Positions 9,484 through 20,487 of a stretch of 64,000 nucleotides of DNA are shown in pieces. The position numbers and the translations under genes were made by a program. Where the stretch lies: assembly GCA_963813075.1 (NCBI GenBank), contig CAWEXU010000030.1:64001-128000 (forward strand), written 5' to 3'. The notes under the pieces were generated by a model, which saw only the letters and a list, made by a program, of their open reading frames with translations, did no database searches and was not told the origin of the DNA. The DNA comes from Methanotrichaceae archaeon (GTDB lineage Archaea; Halobacteriota; Methanosarcinia; Methanotrichales; Methanotrichaceae). The first letter of the stretch is position 1. Every line of letters begins with the position of its first letter.

Positions 9484-10020
9484 TCACCAGGGCTCTCTCT
9501 TTGCCCCGATCTTATAGCCAATGATGTTGGTTATGCGGTGAAGGACCGGGGTGATGATCAGCACAATTATCATAATCAAAGGAGTGAAGTTGTGCCAAAA
9601 CCACAACGGTGCAATTAGCATAGTGAGAATCCATGCCCCTATGACAAAATCGATCTGATCGATTATAAAGAAGGGAGCACCACGCTTCATCCTCAGGCGG
9701 CGCTTGAAGAAGGCAGCCACGATATCCCCCAGCATTGCCCCAAAGGAGAGCCCCAGGAGAATGGGGAGCTGCTCGATGCCCGCGCCAAAGACCGGCAGGC
9801 CGAAGAACGGCGCGATCAGGTTTTGCACCAGACCCATCAGGACGCCGCAAACGGTCCCGGCGATGGTCCCCCGGAAGGTCTTGCCGTCGCCAAGAGTCCT
9901 CTCTCCGTCCTGGAAGACCCGTCCCATGTCCAGAGGAGTTCCCCCCCCAAATAAGGCAGCGAAGTTGTTGGGCAAATAGGCAGGCAGCATCAGCCAGAAG
10001 GCGACGATGAGGTCAATCAT
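9484..10020 (-). CDS. carS: CDP-archaeol synthase (DUF46)
   Basis: [36 protein letters not shown] and DQIDF motifs; ends K.EPW. Confidence 0.93.
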   Translation of the reverse strand: MIDLIVAFWLMLPAYLPNNFAALFGGGTPLDMGRVFQDGERTLGDGKTFRGTIAGTVCGVLMGLVQNLIAPFFGLPVFGAGIEQLPILLGLSFGAMLGDIVAAFFKRRLRMKRGAPFFIIDQIDFVIGAWILTMLIAPLWFWHNFTPLIMIIVLIITPVLHRITNIIGYKIGAKREPW

Positions 10021-10224
10021 TCTTCAATCCCATTCTTCTTTTTTATTCTTCTTATTCTATTCTTCTGTCCTATTTTTCTCTTCGCGGTCACCCCCATATA
10101 TCAAATTATCTGAGAGCGACCATATGGCCTTGGGGAGCAGATCTTTTAATACAAATGCACGACTGATGGCGAGAAATTCAAATCATAACATGGAGGCATT
10201 TGTCTGAGCAGGAAATTCAGCGAA

Positions 10225-10563
10225 TTGACGGCGAAGGAGCTGGCCAGGATTCCAAGCCTGTGCTTTGATCACAGCTGGATTGGAGAGGAGATCATTTTCC
10301 TGCATCTATACAATGAAGAGAAGATGCACTGGTATTTAGCGGAGTACGGGCCGATCAACAAGAGGTTCTTCGGCTTTTATGTGAATAAGGCCGATGGAAT
10401 CGCCTCGGGGTACTGCAGCCTCGATGACATCCTGGCCTATGAGAAAAGGGGCGCGGGCTGGGTCCCACTGGTCGATGAAGAATGGAAGACGGTGGCGGCG
10501 CGGGAGATCCCCATCCTGACAGAGTACATCAAATTGATGATAACTCAGCCCGATATCACATGA
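10225..10563 (+). CDS. Hypothetical protein, DUF2958-like
   Basis: Pattern IP.L...LHL....WYLAEY....FFGF....GY.SL..I resembles DUF2958. The start may be CTG at 10204 after GGAGG. Confidence 0.6.
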   Translation: MTAKELARIPSLCFDHSWIGEEIIFLHLYNEEKMHWYLAEYGPINKRFFGFYVNKADGIASGYCSLDDILAYEKRGAGWVPLVDEEWKTVAAREIPILTEYIKLMITQPDIT

Positions 10564-10714
10564 TCAGCAGGATCTCGCACTTTCAGCCAGAAGAGATCTG
10601 AATAATGACGGTTTGAGATCCAGGATTGCTGAGCATCCAGGACAGGCCCCCATCCAGGTCGATGGGGATTTGGATCGAAACAGTTAAGTTCAAGCTGTGA
10701 GACTAAGGGGCTGG

Positions 10715-10812
10715 GCGTCGATGGTCTAGTGGTTATGACTTGGGCCTTCCAGGCAGATCAATAGAATCTGCGAAGCAAGCCTACAACCCGGGTTCGAATC
10801 CCGGTCGACGCA
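10715..10812 (+). tRNA. tRNA-Gly(TCC) with 26-nt intron at 37/38 (10752-10777)
   Basis: Acceptor GCGTCGA/TCGACGC+A, D arm, anticodon stem TGGGC/GCCTA and T arm GGTTCGAATCC. BHB motif: helix CTTC/GAAG with bulges CA|G and CA|A; intron hairpin GCAGAT/ATCTGC. Confidence 0.95.
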
Positions 10813-10919
10813 CTTGTTCTTTCATCTTTTCCGGATCGATTCCTCCGCCAGTTGCTGATACGTTAAATGCCGAATTATTTTCGCTACATTTATATCCTAG
10901 TTTCACCAGTTAATCCTTT

Positions 10920-11639
10920 ATGAATTCCGGTGGGGAGATCTCCAACGCACGAGGATTACTGGCAGAGAAGATTGCAGGCGAGATCACCTTGTCCCAAACC
11001 CCGGCGATACCTTGAGGAAGTGGCGGCGCAACTTCGGCATAACCCAAACCGACCTCTCCAATCACCTGAAAATATCACCTTCTGTGATCTCAGACTATGA
11101 GAGCGGCAGGAGGAAGTCCCCAGGCATAATGATCGTCAGCAGGATAATCGATGCCCTGCTCAGGCTGGATGAGAGCCGGGGCTGCAATGTCCTGCGCGCC
11201 TATGAGGACATGTGGGGAGACATGCTGGGGCTGGACTCCATCTGCAGCGTCTGCGAGTATCAAGACCCCCTCCCTCTGAACGATATCGCCCGCAAGCTTG
11301 ATGCGGAGATCATCTTTGGCCGGACGGATATCACCATCTGGGGCTATACGTTGATCGATAGCGTGAAAGCCATTGTGGAGATGCTGCCCGACCAATTCCA
11401 GAAGATCTATGGGAGGAGCACTGCCCGAGCGCTGATATTCACCGGCGTTCATTCCGGCCGGTCGAGCATGGTGGCAGTGCGGGTGAGCAACCTGAAGCCA
11501 GGAGCTGTGGTCCTGCAGGGGATGGAACCAACCGATGTGGACCCAATCGCAGTCAAGGATCGCCGAGGTTGAAAATATACCCCTCTTGACGACACATTTT
11601 TCCGTGGATGAGATCACCAGTGCTCTGAGCAAAGGGTGA
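10920..11639 (+). CDS. XRE-type HTH transcriptional regulator (COG1709-like); two single-base indels
   Basis: LAEKIAGEITLS-[shift ~11000]-LRKWR..FGITQ.DL..HL.ISPSVISDYESGRRKSPG..STARALIFTGV.SGRS.MVAVRV..LKP-[shift ~11557]-IAEVENIPLL*. Confidence 0.85.
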
Positions 11640-11645
11640 AATCCA

Positions 11646-12682
11646 TTGGTCTCGGGTATTGTCAGCTACGGGGTCTATATTCCCCGGTTCAGGATACGGA
11701 CAGATGAGATCGCCAGGGTCTGGGGAGACGGCGACGATATATCCCAGAGCCTGCGGGTCTTTGAGAAATCCGTGCCCGATCTGGATGAGGACGCAGTGAC
11801 CATCGCGGTGGAGGCAGCCAGGAGCGCCTGGATCGCGCCAATGTGGATCCGAAGCGGATCGGGGCCATCTATACCGGCTCGGAGAGCCATCCCTATGCGG
11901 TCAAGCCATCGGGGACGATCGTTGGCCAGGCGGTATGCACCTCATCCTCCTTCACCACTGCGGACTTCGAGTTCGCCTGCAAGGCGGGGACTGCGGCCAT
12001 TCAGGCATGTCTGGGCCTGGTGAGCTCCGGTTATATCGATCTGGGCCTGGCCATAGGTGCGGACGTCAGCCAGGGAGCGCCGGGGGATATGCTCGAATAC
12101 ACCGCGGCCGCGGGCGGGGCGGCATATTTGATAGGCAGCAGGGATCTGGCGGCGGAGATCGAGGGCTTTTATTCCTTTACCACTGACACCCCGGACTTCT
12201 GGAGGAGAGAAGGCATGCCCTATCCAGAGCACAGCGGGAGGTTCACCGGCGAGCCCGCCTACTTCAAGCATGTCAGCAGTGCCGCCACGGGATTGATGGA
12301 GAGGATGAAAACCAGGCCCGAGGACTATGACTATGCCGTCTTCCACCAGCCCAATGGCAAGTTCCCGGTGCGGGTGGCCAGGATGCTGGGCTTTTCCAAA
12401 AAGCAGATCGAGCCGGGGCTGATTGTGCCCATGATTGGAAACACCTATTCTGCCTCCTGCCTCCTCGGCCTGGCCGCCACCCTGGACATCGCCCGGCCGG
12501 GAGAGAGGATATTTGTCACCAGCTTTGGCTCCGGTGCAGGGAGCGATGCCTTCAGCATCAGGGTGCTGGACAGAATTGAGGACATCCGCTGCAATGCACC
12601 GAGCGTTCGCGACTATATCGGCGATGCCGAGTATCTTGACTATGCAATGTATGCCAAACACAAGGGCAAGCTGAGAGTATGA
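11646..12682 (+). CDS. Hydroxymethylglutaryl-CoA synthase, archaeal type; one frameshift at ~11827
   Basis: [24 protein letters not shown] in one frame continues as [27 protein letters not shown] and IGNTYS in another. Confidence 0.95.
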
Positions 12683-13842
12683 GGTCTGTATCTATTATCG
12701 GTGTAGGTTGCACCAGGTTCGGGGAGAGATGGGACTGTTCTCTGCGCGACATGATCGCCGAGGCAGGGGTCCTGGCTATTGAGGACGCAGAGATCACCGG
12801 AGAGCAGATAGACGCTCTATATGTAGGCAATATGAGCGGGGGACGGTTCATAGAGCAGGAGCATATCGGTGCGCTTATCGCCGACTGCGCCGGTCTCTCC
12901 CGGCTGCATGTCCCCTCCACCCGGGTGGAGGCAGCCTGCGCCTCAGGAGGTCTGGCCCTCCGTCAGGCGGTCCTGGCGGTAGCCAGCGGCTACTGCGATA
13001 TCGTCATCGCTGCTGGGGTCGAGAAGATGACCGACGTCTCCTCGGGCACTGCCGCGGACGCTCTGGCTGCAGCAGCAGACCGGGAGTGGGAGTGCTTCTT
13101 TGGTGCCACGTTCCCGGCGCTTTATGCCATGATGGCCAAGATGCATATGCGCCGATACGGCACCACCCACGACCAGATGGCCCAGGTGGCTGTGAAAAAT
13201 CACCATCATGCCTGCATGAATCCCATCGCCCAGTATCAGATGGAGATCGACATCGAGGACGTGGACAGGTCCTCGATGGTGGCCGATCCCTTGCATGTGC
13301 TGGACTGCTCGCCCATATCCGATGGGGCCTCAGTGGTGGTCCTGGCACCTACCGAGACTGCCCGCAAGTTCTCCGATACCCCCATCAAGATCGTGGGCTG
13401 CGCTCAGGCCAGCGATACTCTGGCCCTGCATGACCGCCGCGACCTGACCACCCTGGATGCCACCGTCCATGCCGGGCGGGCTGCCTTCCGCCAGGCAGGG
13501 ATAGAGCCCCGTCAGGTGGATGTGGCCGAGGTCCATGACTGCTTCACCATTGGCGAGATCCTGGCGATCGAAGACCTGGGATTTGTGGAGAAGGGCCAGG
13601 GGGGCAGGGCAACGGAAGAAGGGCTGACCGCATTGGATGGAGAGATTGCCGTCAACACCTCTGGCGGACTGAAGGCCTGCGGCCATCCGGTGGGTGCCAC
13701 CGGGATCAAGCAGGCCTATGAGATCGCCCTGCAGCTGAGAGGAGAGGCAGGACGCCGCCAGGTCGATGAGGTGGAGATCGGCCTTGCCCACAATGTGGGC
13801 GGGTCGGGGGGAACGGCCCTGGTCCATATATTCACGAGGTAA
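12679..13842 (+). CDS. Acetoacetyl-CoA thiolase (acetyl-CoA acetyltransferase), archaeal
   Basis: [32 protein letters not shown] and HNVGG motifs. Confidence 0.95.
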   Translation: MRSVSIIGVGCTRFGERWDCSLRDMIAEAGVLAIEDAEITGEQIDALYVGNMSGGRFIEQEHIGALIADCAGLSRLHVPSTRVEAACASGGLALRQAVLAVASGYCDIVIAAGVEKMTDVSSGTAADALAAAADREWECFFGATFPALYAMMAKMHMRRYGTTHDQMAQVAVKNHHHACMNPIAQYQMEIDIEDVDRSSMVADPLHVLDCSPISDGASVVVLAPTETARKFSDTPIKIVGCAQASDTLALHDRRDLTTLDATVHAGRAAFRQAGIEPRQVDVAEVHDCFTIGEILAIEDLGFVEKGQGGRATEEGLTALDGEIAVNTSGGLKACGHPVGATGIKQAYEIALQLRGEAGRRQVDEVEIGLAHNVGGSGGTALVHIFTR

Positions 13843-13844
13843 AG

Positions 13845-14294
13845 ATGACGACCCAAGCTCCCAGATTCTGGCGAAGCATACCTCAGAGATACAATCTCTT
13901 GGGAACGCATTGCAATAGCTGCAACGAATACTTCTTTCCTCCCCGAAACCTCTGCCCCAACTGCAGACGGGGCGCTCACCTGGAGAGCCATGCCTTCAAG
14001 GGCACCGGGACCATCATCACCTACACCACCATCTACAATGCCACTGACGACTTCGAGAGGCTCACCCCCTACAATCTGGCCATAATCCAGCTGGACGAAG
14101 GGCCCAAGATCACCGGCCAGATCGTATCCAGCCAGCAGGAGGTTAAGATTGGGATGAGGGTCCGGGCTGTCTTCAGAATCCTGGGAAAAGAGGGTGAGCG
14201 GGGCATAATCTATTATGGCACGAAGTTCGCACCCTTGATTGAGCCGGGCTGCCTGGATCGAGATGGAAAGGAAGAGAAAGAGCATTCGGCCTGA
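13845..14294 (+). CDS. DUF35 Zn-ribbon/OB-fold scaffold of the thiolase-HMGCS complex
   Basis: CNSC..FFPPR..CPNC and I.YG.KF motifs; adjacent to thiolase and HMGCS. Confidence 0.92.
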   Translation: MTTQAPRFWRSIPQRYNLLGTHCNSCNEYFFPPRNLCPNCRRGAHLESHAFKGTGTIITYTTIYNATDDFERLTPYNLAIIQLDEGPKITGQIVSSQQEVKIGMRVRAVFRILGKEGERGIIYYGTKFAPLIEPGCLDRDGKEEKEHSA

Positions 14295-14364
14295 AAGAGG
14301 AGGGATGATATCCCCTGGCCGGGCTATCTGGCCCTTTTAGGGCAATGTTATCAAGCGGCCCCCT

Positions 14365-14631
14365 CTATGTCAGGACCCTCGCTGATCCCAGAATGCTTTT
14401 ATCATCGGAATCGCCATCTGTGGTGAAGAGGACCGGCGCGGTCTTGATGACACTTTGCTCCTCGTTTATTTCGCGAATCATCTGAGCCAGGCCCTTTTTG
14501 CCATCGGCCTGCATCACCAGGAAGAAATCGTATTCGCCAAAGAGGCGATAGATATCCACAACTTCCGGCTTTTTTTGAAGATAATCATAGGCCGATCGCT
14601 CCTGGCCGCACTGGACCTTGATCATCGTCAT
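14365..14631 (-). CDS. Lrp/AsnC ligand-binding (RAM) domain protein
   Basis: IKVQCGQE..AY..L...PEV.DIYRLFGEYDF motif. The true start may lie up to 4 codons upstream. Confidence 0.8.
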   Translation of the reverse strand: MTMIKVQCGQERSAYDYLQKKPEVVDIYRLFGEYDFFLVMQADGKKGLAQMIREINEEQSVIKTAPVLFTTDGDSDDKSILGSARVLT

Positions 14632-14788
14632 CGCAATTACTATTCAAATACCCCCACAAGTGTTTTGCAGATGTAGTATCATTATATATATAAATCTTGC
14701 TTAAATTATCTTTCGAACAGATGGTACTGAGATTTCATTTGATATTTTGAGGTAAGGCATAAATACTTTATAAATTCTATTATGAACT

Positions 14789-15907
14789 ATGAGGACGGGA
14801 TCTTTCGCGCTATGTCTGTTTATGCTTCTCATATGCTCCCAGGGAATGGGTTGTGCAGCGACGAATGAAGCATCCGTGGGTACCGCATCATTGGACACAG
14901 TATCAGTTAGTACACCATCAGCGGCCTCAGAATCACCGGGCAATGAAACCCGAGACATTGCAGGGATGAACTCCTCATCACCGGAAAGCTCTGTGAATAT
15001 TGAAATCCCCAGCAGGATTGCCCTGGAGGGATGCGAGCAGATTCAATTGCCGAGAATGGGCCCGGTCCTGCGAGTGGGTCTGACCTCCCGGGATCTGCTT
15101 ATATCAGAGGGGCTTGCCGTCTATTCTCAGGGGTTGCCGATACAGGGGAGGATCGATCTCTCCAGAGAACGGGATGATCTTGCGATCGCTAACGGATCGG
15201 ACATCCAGGTCTGCATAGCACCACTCAGCCTCAAAGGATATCTGGCAGGAGATCCGGGCGAGTTGAAGCCCTCAGGGGATACGATCTGCACTGAGGCCGG
15301 GGTGTGGAATGGCAGGGATATTGATAGCACGGAGAAGAGGGCCAATCTGTCTTTCAGCATCTCTGCAGACAGGATGGCCGGGAGGAGAAGCGGCCTGTAT
15401 GCAGTATATGCTATTGACGGGAATCGATCAATTATTGCCCCTGCCCAGGCCCTCTTCTTGACAGAGGGTGAGGCGATCCTGCAATTGGGAGATAGCATTC
15501 ATCCAGAGAACTCATCCATCAAGATCAATCTGAGCACCGGGAGCGAAAAAGAGAGAAAGAGGCTATTTGCGGCGGCCATTATGCCGCGCAAAGAATATGA
15601 AAACGCCACAATAAGGCTGGTCGCGAATGAATCAAACCCCTGGCCGGTTCTCGCTTTATCCTCAAGCACCAGATCCATGGAGATCGTGGCCAATCCCGCT
15701 ACTGCTTATAAGCAGCTTATGGATATGATCTCCCTCCTGCCGGAAGATAGCGCCATAAGCATGCAGGAATCGGCCCAATCCTCCGTCGAGCTCGTCCTTC
15801 TGGCGGATGGGCCCTGGAAGAAGGGGGAGTATGTGATCAATTGCGCCATCTACTCACCAGCAGTCGGGCTGGAGGGCTTGAAGCAGAGTATTGTAGAAGT
15901 GGTTTAA
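14789..15907 (+). CDS. Secreted methanogen extracellular protein (possibly TIGR04279-like)
   Basis: N-terminal signal peptide, Ser/Thr-rich linker and beta-rich body. Family assignment is tentative. Confidence 0.6.
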   Translation: MRTGSFALCLFMLLICSQGMGCAATNEASVGTASLDTVSVSTPSAASESPGNETRDIAGMNSSSPESSVNIEIPSRIALEGCEQIQLPRMGPVLRVGLTSRDLLISEGLAVYSQGLPIQGRIDLSRERDDLAIANGSDIQVCIAPLSLKGYLAGDPGELKPSGDTICTEAGVWNGRDIDSTEKRANLSFSISADRMAGRRSGLYAVYAIDGNRSIIAPAQALFLTEGEAILQLGDSIHPENSSIKINLSTGSEKERKRLFAAAIMPRKEYENATIRLVANESNPWPVLALSSSTRSMEIVANPATAYKQLMDMISLLPEDSAISMQESAQSSVELVLLADGPWKKGEYVINCAIYSPAVGLEGLKQSIVEVV

Positions 15908-16215
15908 CCAGCCTTTGCCCTTCAACTCAATCTTTTTATTTTCAGAATTATCAGTCAAATTAATTTAGTAGTTAAAGCGTGAGGTTTTTATCTGATATCA
16001 GACTCAATAGGATTGTGAATCCGGGATAATTTGCAGAAAAATTTAAGAATAATATGAAGAAGATGTCTGAGAGACTAATTAATTTAATGCAAATTATTTA
16101 GAGATGAATCCCTGACTATCAGCGACAGAGAAAAGGTTCATTCATCAACAATAGCTATAATGCAGATAAAAGTGCCAGAGTGATCTGGAGAATGCTGCGA
16201 GGGGAGGAAGGGAAT

Positions 16216-17044
16216 ATGCCAAAGGATGTGGAATGGATAAGGAATGGGGGCAGGGGCCTGGCCAAAGCCCTTGCCATCAGTTTAATGCTGATTTTCATAT
16301 TTATATCGCCAGGAATCTCATTTGAGCTGTCCGATACCAGCGTTACCGCCGGGAAGAATTTGATCATAACCGGGACGAGCGAGCCTAACAGCGAAAATGA
16401 CGTTTCTCAGCAGCTTTACCATGAATCTGCCTGTGAGCTCGGGGAAGTACAGCTTTGAGACTGAGGTTAGAGTTCCCAATAAGCCAAATCGCTTTGCGGT
16501 TACGGCCAGAAACGTGCAGAACCTGGATGCAGCGGTGAAGATGGGCATCTGGATCACCAAGAGCTTCGACGCAAGCGGCGGGGTGGTGTATCTATCCGGG
16601 GATGACATTCCCCCAGGGAGGTACAGGCTCAAGGTATCAGGCACTGCAATACCGGGAAAGAGCGAGGTTCCCATAACCGTCGAGGCCGAGACCAGGGCCC
16701 TGGCTGACTCCAAGGGGAGGTACAGGCTGGCCATCGATACCACCGGCATACCGGAGGGTGAGTACCTGATCGAGGGAGATGGCGATGCGAAGACCGTCCG
16801 CATACTGAGCAAGAATAAGCCCCCATCGCGGGCTTCAGATAGCAATGAGGCGGAGAAGGAGACAGGAGCAGATAAGGATAAAAATGGGGTGATGCCCGGC
16901 GCGCCTGCCAGCTCCGTCAGTGAAATAGAGGGCGACGAATCGGTCCAAAATGAGGTGCTCGCAGAGGAGAAAGCCACCCCGCAAGAGGAATCCGGCCAGA
17001 GCAAGGGAGTGGTGGACAGGCTGGCAGAATGGTTGGGGCTATAG
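16216..17044 (+). CDS. Secreted hypothetical protein; frameshift at ~16395
   Basis: Signal-peptide ORF (MPKD...ITGTSEPNSE) joins the 16397 frame if one A is removed from GAAAATG. Confidence 0.65.
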
Positions 17045-17071
17045 GCAGCGGATATTAGGGGGAATGAGAGG

Positions 17072-18070
17072 ATGAACAGAGATCTAGAGAGCCTGCCAGC
17101 AGATCTCCTGGCAGCAGCAATAATGGCCCTGGCAGTTCTGCTCTTCACCCTCACCCCTTTGAGCGGCCTGGTCCTGCGAATACCCATCGGCCTATTGATG
17201 GTGCTCTTTGTGCCGGGGTACGTGCTCATCGCCGCCCTCTTTCCCAGGGCAGGAGACCTGGATGGGATTGAGAGGATTGCTCTCGGCTTCGGCCTGAGCA
17301 TCGCCGTGGTTCCTCTGATCGGCCTTGGCCTCAACTACACCCCCTGGGGAATCAGGCTGATACCGGTGGTCATATCCATCTCCGCCTTCACCCTGCTTAT
17401 GGCTGCGGCTGCCTACTGGCGGCGCACATCTCTTCCTCCGGAGGAGAGGTTCTCCATTCACCTCCGCCAGTGGACCGACTCCTTAAAGGAGGAGATCAGA
17501 GCGGAGGGGGAGAGGAGCTGGGTGGATAAGGCCTTAACTGTAATTCTGATACTGTCCATAATCGCCTCCGTCGCCGCCCTGGTCTATGTGGTGGTCACTC
17601 CCAAAGAGGGGGAGAAGTTCACCGAGTTTTATATCCTGGGCCCGGGGGGCAAGGCCTATGACTATCCGACGGAGGTCAGGGCAGGAAACAACAGCACTTT
17701 GATCGTGGGGGTGGTCAACCATGAGTACCGGCTGACCAACTATACTATGGAGATTCAATTGAACAATACCCCCCCAATCGATATTCTGCTGAACGGCACA
17801 GAGAACAACAGCCTGAATAATGCCACCACTATGTTGAGCGCACTGGAATACGACCGATCAGCCCTCATCGTACCCATACTGAAGATGAACCTCAGCCTGC
17901 CGCACAACGAGACCTGGGAGCGGAATGTGTCCTACGTCCTGGATGAGCCGGGGGACCGGCAGAAGCTGCAGTTCCTCCTCTACAAAGAGGGCAATTTCAC
18001 CGCCGCCTACAGAGACCTGCATCTATGGGTCAATGTGACAGAGAGGGACTTTGAGAGACCATTAAGATAG
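17072..18070 (+). CDS. DUF1616 membrane protein
   Basis: LFVPGY.LIAALFP, ERIALGFGLSI, LNYTPWGI, EKFTEFYILG..GKA.DYP and YRDLHLWVNV motifs. Confidence 0.92.
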   Translation: MNRDLESLPADLLAAAIMALAVLLFTLTPLSGLVLRIPIGLLMVLFVPGYVLIAALFPRAGDLDGIERIALGFGLSIAVVPLIGLGLNYTPWGIRLIPVVISISAFTLLMAAAAYWRRTSLPPEERFSIHLRQWTDSLKEEIRAEGERSWVDKALTVILILSIIASVAALVYVVVTPKEGEKFTEFYILGPGGKAYDYPTEVRAGNNSTLIVGVVNHEYRLTNYTMEIQLNNTPPIDILLNGTENNSLNNATTMLSALEYDRSALIVPILKMNLSLPHNETWERNVSYVLDEPGDRQKLQFLLYKEGNFTAAYRDLHLWVNVTERDFERPLR

Positions 18071-18075
18071 AGAAT

Positions 18076-18219
18076 TCACGGGCTTTTAGCCACAGCAGGG
18101 GATGGATCCGTGGATGGGTCCTCCCCCGGACTCTCCGTCAGATCAAGCCGGCCCAACTCTTTGATCTTGAGCTTTTCTATCTCTTCGCGAAACTCCATAT
18201 AGCTCTCAAAGCAGCTCAT
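18076..18219 (-). CDS. Putative 47-aa microprotein (not in ORF track)
   Basis: GGAGGTGG RBS directly upstream of ATG. Sequence MSCFESYMEFREEIEKLKIKELGRLDLTESPGEDPSTDPSPAVAKSP*. Confidence 0.5.
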   Translation of the reverse strand: MSCFESYMEFREEIEKLKIKELGRLDLTESPGEDPSTDPSPAVAKSP

Positions 18220-18366
18220 ATCCACCTCCCAGGATGAAATCAGCCTATTCTAAGGCCCATTCTCATGGCCTATTCTCTTGACAGCTCATTCCTGTCCTAT
18301 AATTATATATCCGTTCTCATTCACAATACCCCTTTACGATATCCAGTGGCATTTAGGGGAAGAGAT

Positions 18367-18759
18367 ATGTTGGATCTGAGAACTAGGGTGGTGCAGCTGG
18401 CTGCCAGGGAGGAGATCTTTCAATTGATTGCCCAGGGGGCGCTGAAGGCGAGGGCGGGAAGGCTTGCTCCCGAATCCTCGATGCAGGTGGGAAGGTTCAA
18501 TATGATGGTGGTCGAGGACGAGAATGGCGAGGGATGTGCAGTCCAGTTCATCGAGAGCCGGAAGATGGTGGAGGAGCTGGCCCTGGAAAAGGCCCGTTGC
18601 CTGGATAAGAGTGCAGAGGAGTGGAGCGAGCACGAGCAGCGGGTGTGGCTGGAGGCCTTCTGTCGGGATCTGGGGCCGTATCTTTTTAAGTGCAAGCACA
18701 TCCGGATGCGCATGGGGCCGGGAGAGAACATCACCTTCGAGATGCAGGTAAGCAAATAG
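18367..18759 (+). CDS. Hypothetical protein
   Basis: GC3-rich ORF; ATG 18367 follows a purine-rich RBS. Confidence 0.7.
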   Translation: MLDLRTRVVQLAAREEIFQLIAQGALKARAGRLAPESSMQVGRFNMMVVEDENGEGCAVQFIESRKMVEELALEKARCLDKSAEEWSEHEQRVWLEAFCRDLGPYLFKCKHIRMRMGPGENITFEMQVSK

Positions 18760-18837
18760 GCCAATCGCTTTTGGCGGACAAGCTAAAAATAGAAGGAAAT
18801 GAGCCGGTTGTACTGCCGGCAAAAGGCATGAGGGGAT

Positions 18838-19668
18838 ATGTCAGAACGACCAGCTGAGGAAAAAGGGGAAGCCCGGTTTACAAGATTGCTATATGGCTAC
18901 CAGCGCTCGCCGCTCGGCTCCATTGCCCCGGCCCGTCTTTCCCAACCCAGAGAGGTCGAGGGGGAAAAGTTTGCCTTCCGGCCCCTTCCGGTCAACGACC
19001 GCGGAGCAGATTATCATCAGCCCTGGAGCGGATATACTCCCAAATGCACCCTTGTCGATCAGGAGGACTGCAAGTACTATCCCGTCCAGACCGCCAATAT
19101 CAAGTTGAACGACATCTACAGCGGAATCGAGGTAGAGGGCGACCGCTGGATGCAGCTGGCCTGCCAGGCCGCGCGGGAGTCGGTGGAAGAGAAGGGCGGC
19201 CCATTTGCGGCGGTGATACTGCAGATCGATAATGACAGCAATCGGATCCTCAGGTACTGGGTAAATTACAACCAGGTTACCTCGGCAATTGACCCCACCG
19301 CCCATGCGGAGATAATGGCCATCCGCAGCGCCTGCGCCAGCCTGGGGGTCTTTGACCTGGGAAACATCAGGGAAAAGGAGGCAAAGCTTCCCCAGCCGGG
19401 TGATGTATCGCACTGCGTCATCTACAGCAGCGCAGAGCCCTGCCCCATGTGCTACTCTGCCATCTGCTGGGCCAATATTCCCATGCTCTTCTTCGCTGCC
19501 ACCCGCTTTGATGCCGCCGCCCAGGGAGTGGACTTCTCGGATGAGGCCATTTATGAGGAATTGGCCAAACCGTACTCTGAGCGTTTTGTCCGGGTCTATC
19601 AGTGCACAGTGGAAAACTCCCTTGACTCCTTCAACCTCTGGAAGGTCTCCAGGAAGATTCCCTATTGA
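18838..19668 (+). CDS. Nucleoside/guanine deaminase (CDA superfamily) with N-terminal extension
   Basis: GGPFAAVI, DPTAHAEI.AIR.AC and SAEPCPMC Zn motifs. Confidence 0.88.
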   Translation: MSERPAEEKGEARFTRLLYGYQRSPLGSIAPARLSQPREVEGEKFAFRPLPVNDRGADYHQPWSGYTPKCTLVDQEDCKYYPVQTANIKLNDIYSGIEVEGDRWMQLACQAARESVEEKGGPFAAVILQIDNDSNRILRYWVNYNQVTSAIDPTAHAEIMAIRSACASLGVFDLGNIREKEAKLPQPGDVSHCVIYSSAEPCPMCYSAICWANIPMLFFAATRFDAAAQGVDFSDEAIYEELAKPYSERFVRVYQCTVENSLDSFNLWKVSRKIPY

Positions 19669-19737
19669 GAAAAAATGGCGCCTGATTGCACACCCTCCGG
19701 TGTCAGGCGACCGAAAGTCAGATCGGGCACACCAAAT

Positions 19738-20442
19738 CTATAGCACGAATTGTTTTTGGCATTCAGGACAGCCACTATATTCCAGTGCATCAGGCGGAGC
19801 CTGTAATGCCCCCAATCTCATTAAAGATGCTGCAGAGCTCGCCCGAACTTTGGAGCTATTATCTTCCATCGACCTCATCAGCGGCTCAATTGCCTCCTTA
19901 TTTCCAGATCTGCCCAATGCCCATGCCACCTGTTCTCTGACCTGTGAGTCGCTATCCTCCATTGCATTTTTAAGCGAACCGAAGGAACGGCGGTCATTTA
20001 TCCATCCCAGGGACCAGGCAGCTCCTGCCCTGACATCAGCATCGGTATCATTGAGAGCTTTCAATAGGGGCTCGGTGGACCTGGGGTCCATCGTCCTTCC
20101 AAGAGTCCATGCCGCTTCTGCTCTAACCAGGGGATCTATATCATTCAACGCCAGGATAATCGGCTCATAAGAGGCACTATCGTTGATCTCCCCTAAGGCC
20201 CATATGGCTGCTGCCCGGATGCTGGCATTCTCATCATTTAGCAATTGGATCAATGGCTCAGCTGCTCCTGGCTCTTTTGCCTCACCCAGAACCAGTATCG
20301 CCTGGTTTTTGACGGCGGTGTCGCTGCTATTCAGGTCGCGAATATAGCGATCTGCGTCGTCTGCAGCATGAGCCAAAAAAGAAAATGCCGCAACCAACGA
20401 AATATATATAATTAAATACCTCAGCTTCATATTAAACCTCAT
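19738..20442 (-). CDS. Secreted HEAT/PBS-lyase repeat protein
   Basis: Signal peptide followed by about five repeats of type EPLI.AL.D.D..VR..AAWALG. Confidence 0.88.
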   Translation of the reverse strand: MRFNMKLRYLIIYISLVAAFSFLAHAADDADRYIRDLNSSDTAVKNQAILVLGEAKEPGAAEPLIQLLNDENASIRAAAIWALGEINDSASYEPIILALNDIDPLVRAEAAWTLGRTMDPRSTEPLLKALNDTDADVRAGAAWSLGWINDRRSFGSLKNAMEDSDSQVREQVAWALGRSGNKEAIEPLMRSMEDNSSKVRASSAASLMRLGALQAPPDALEYSGCPECQKQFVL

Positions 20443-20487
20443 GACCTCGTATATATTCCATCGCCCCTTTGTTCCCCGGGATCTATC

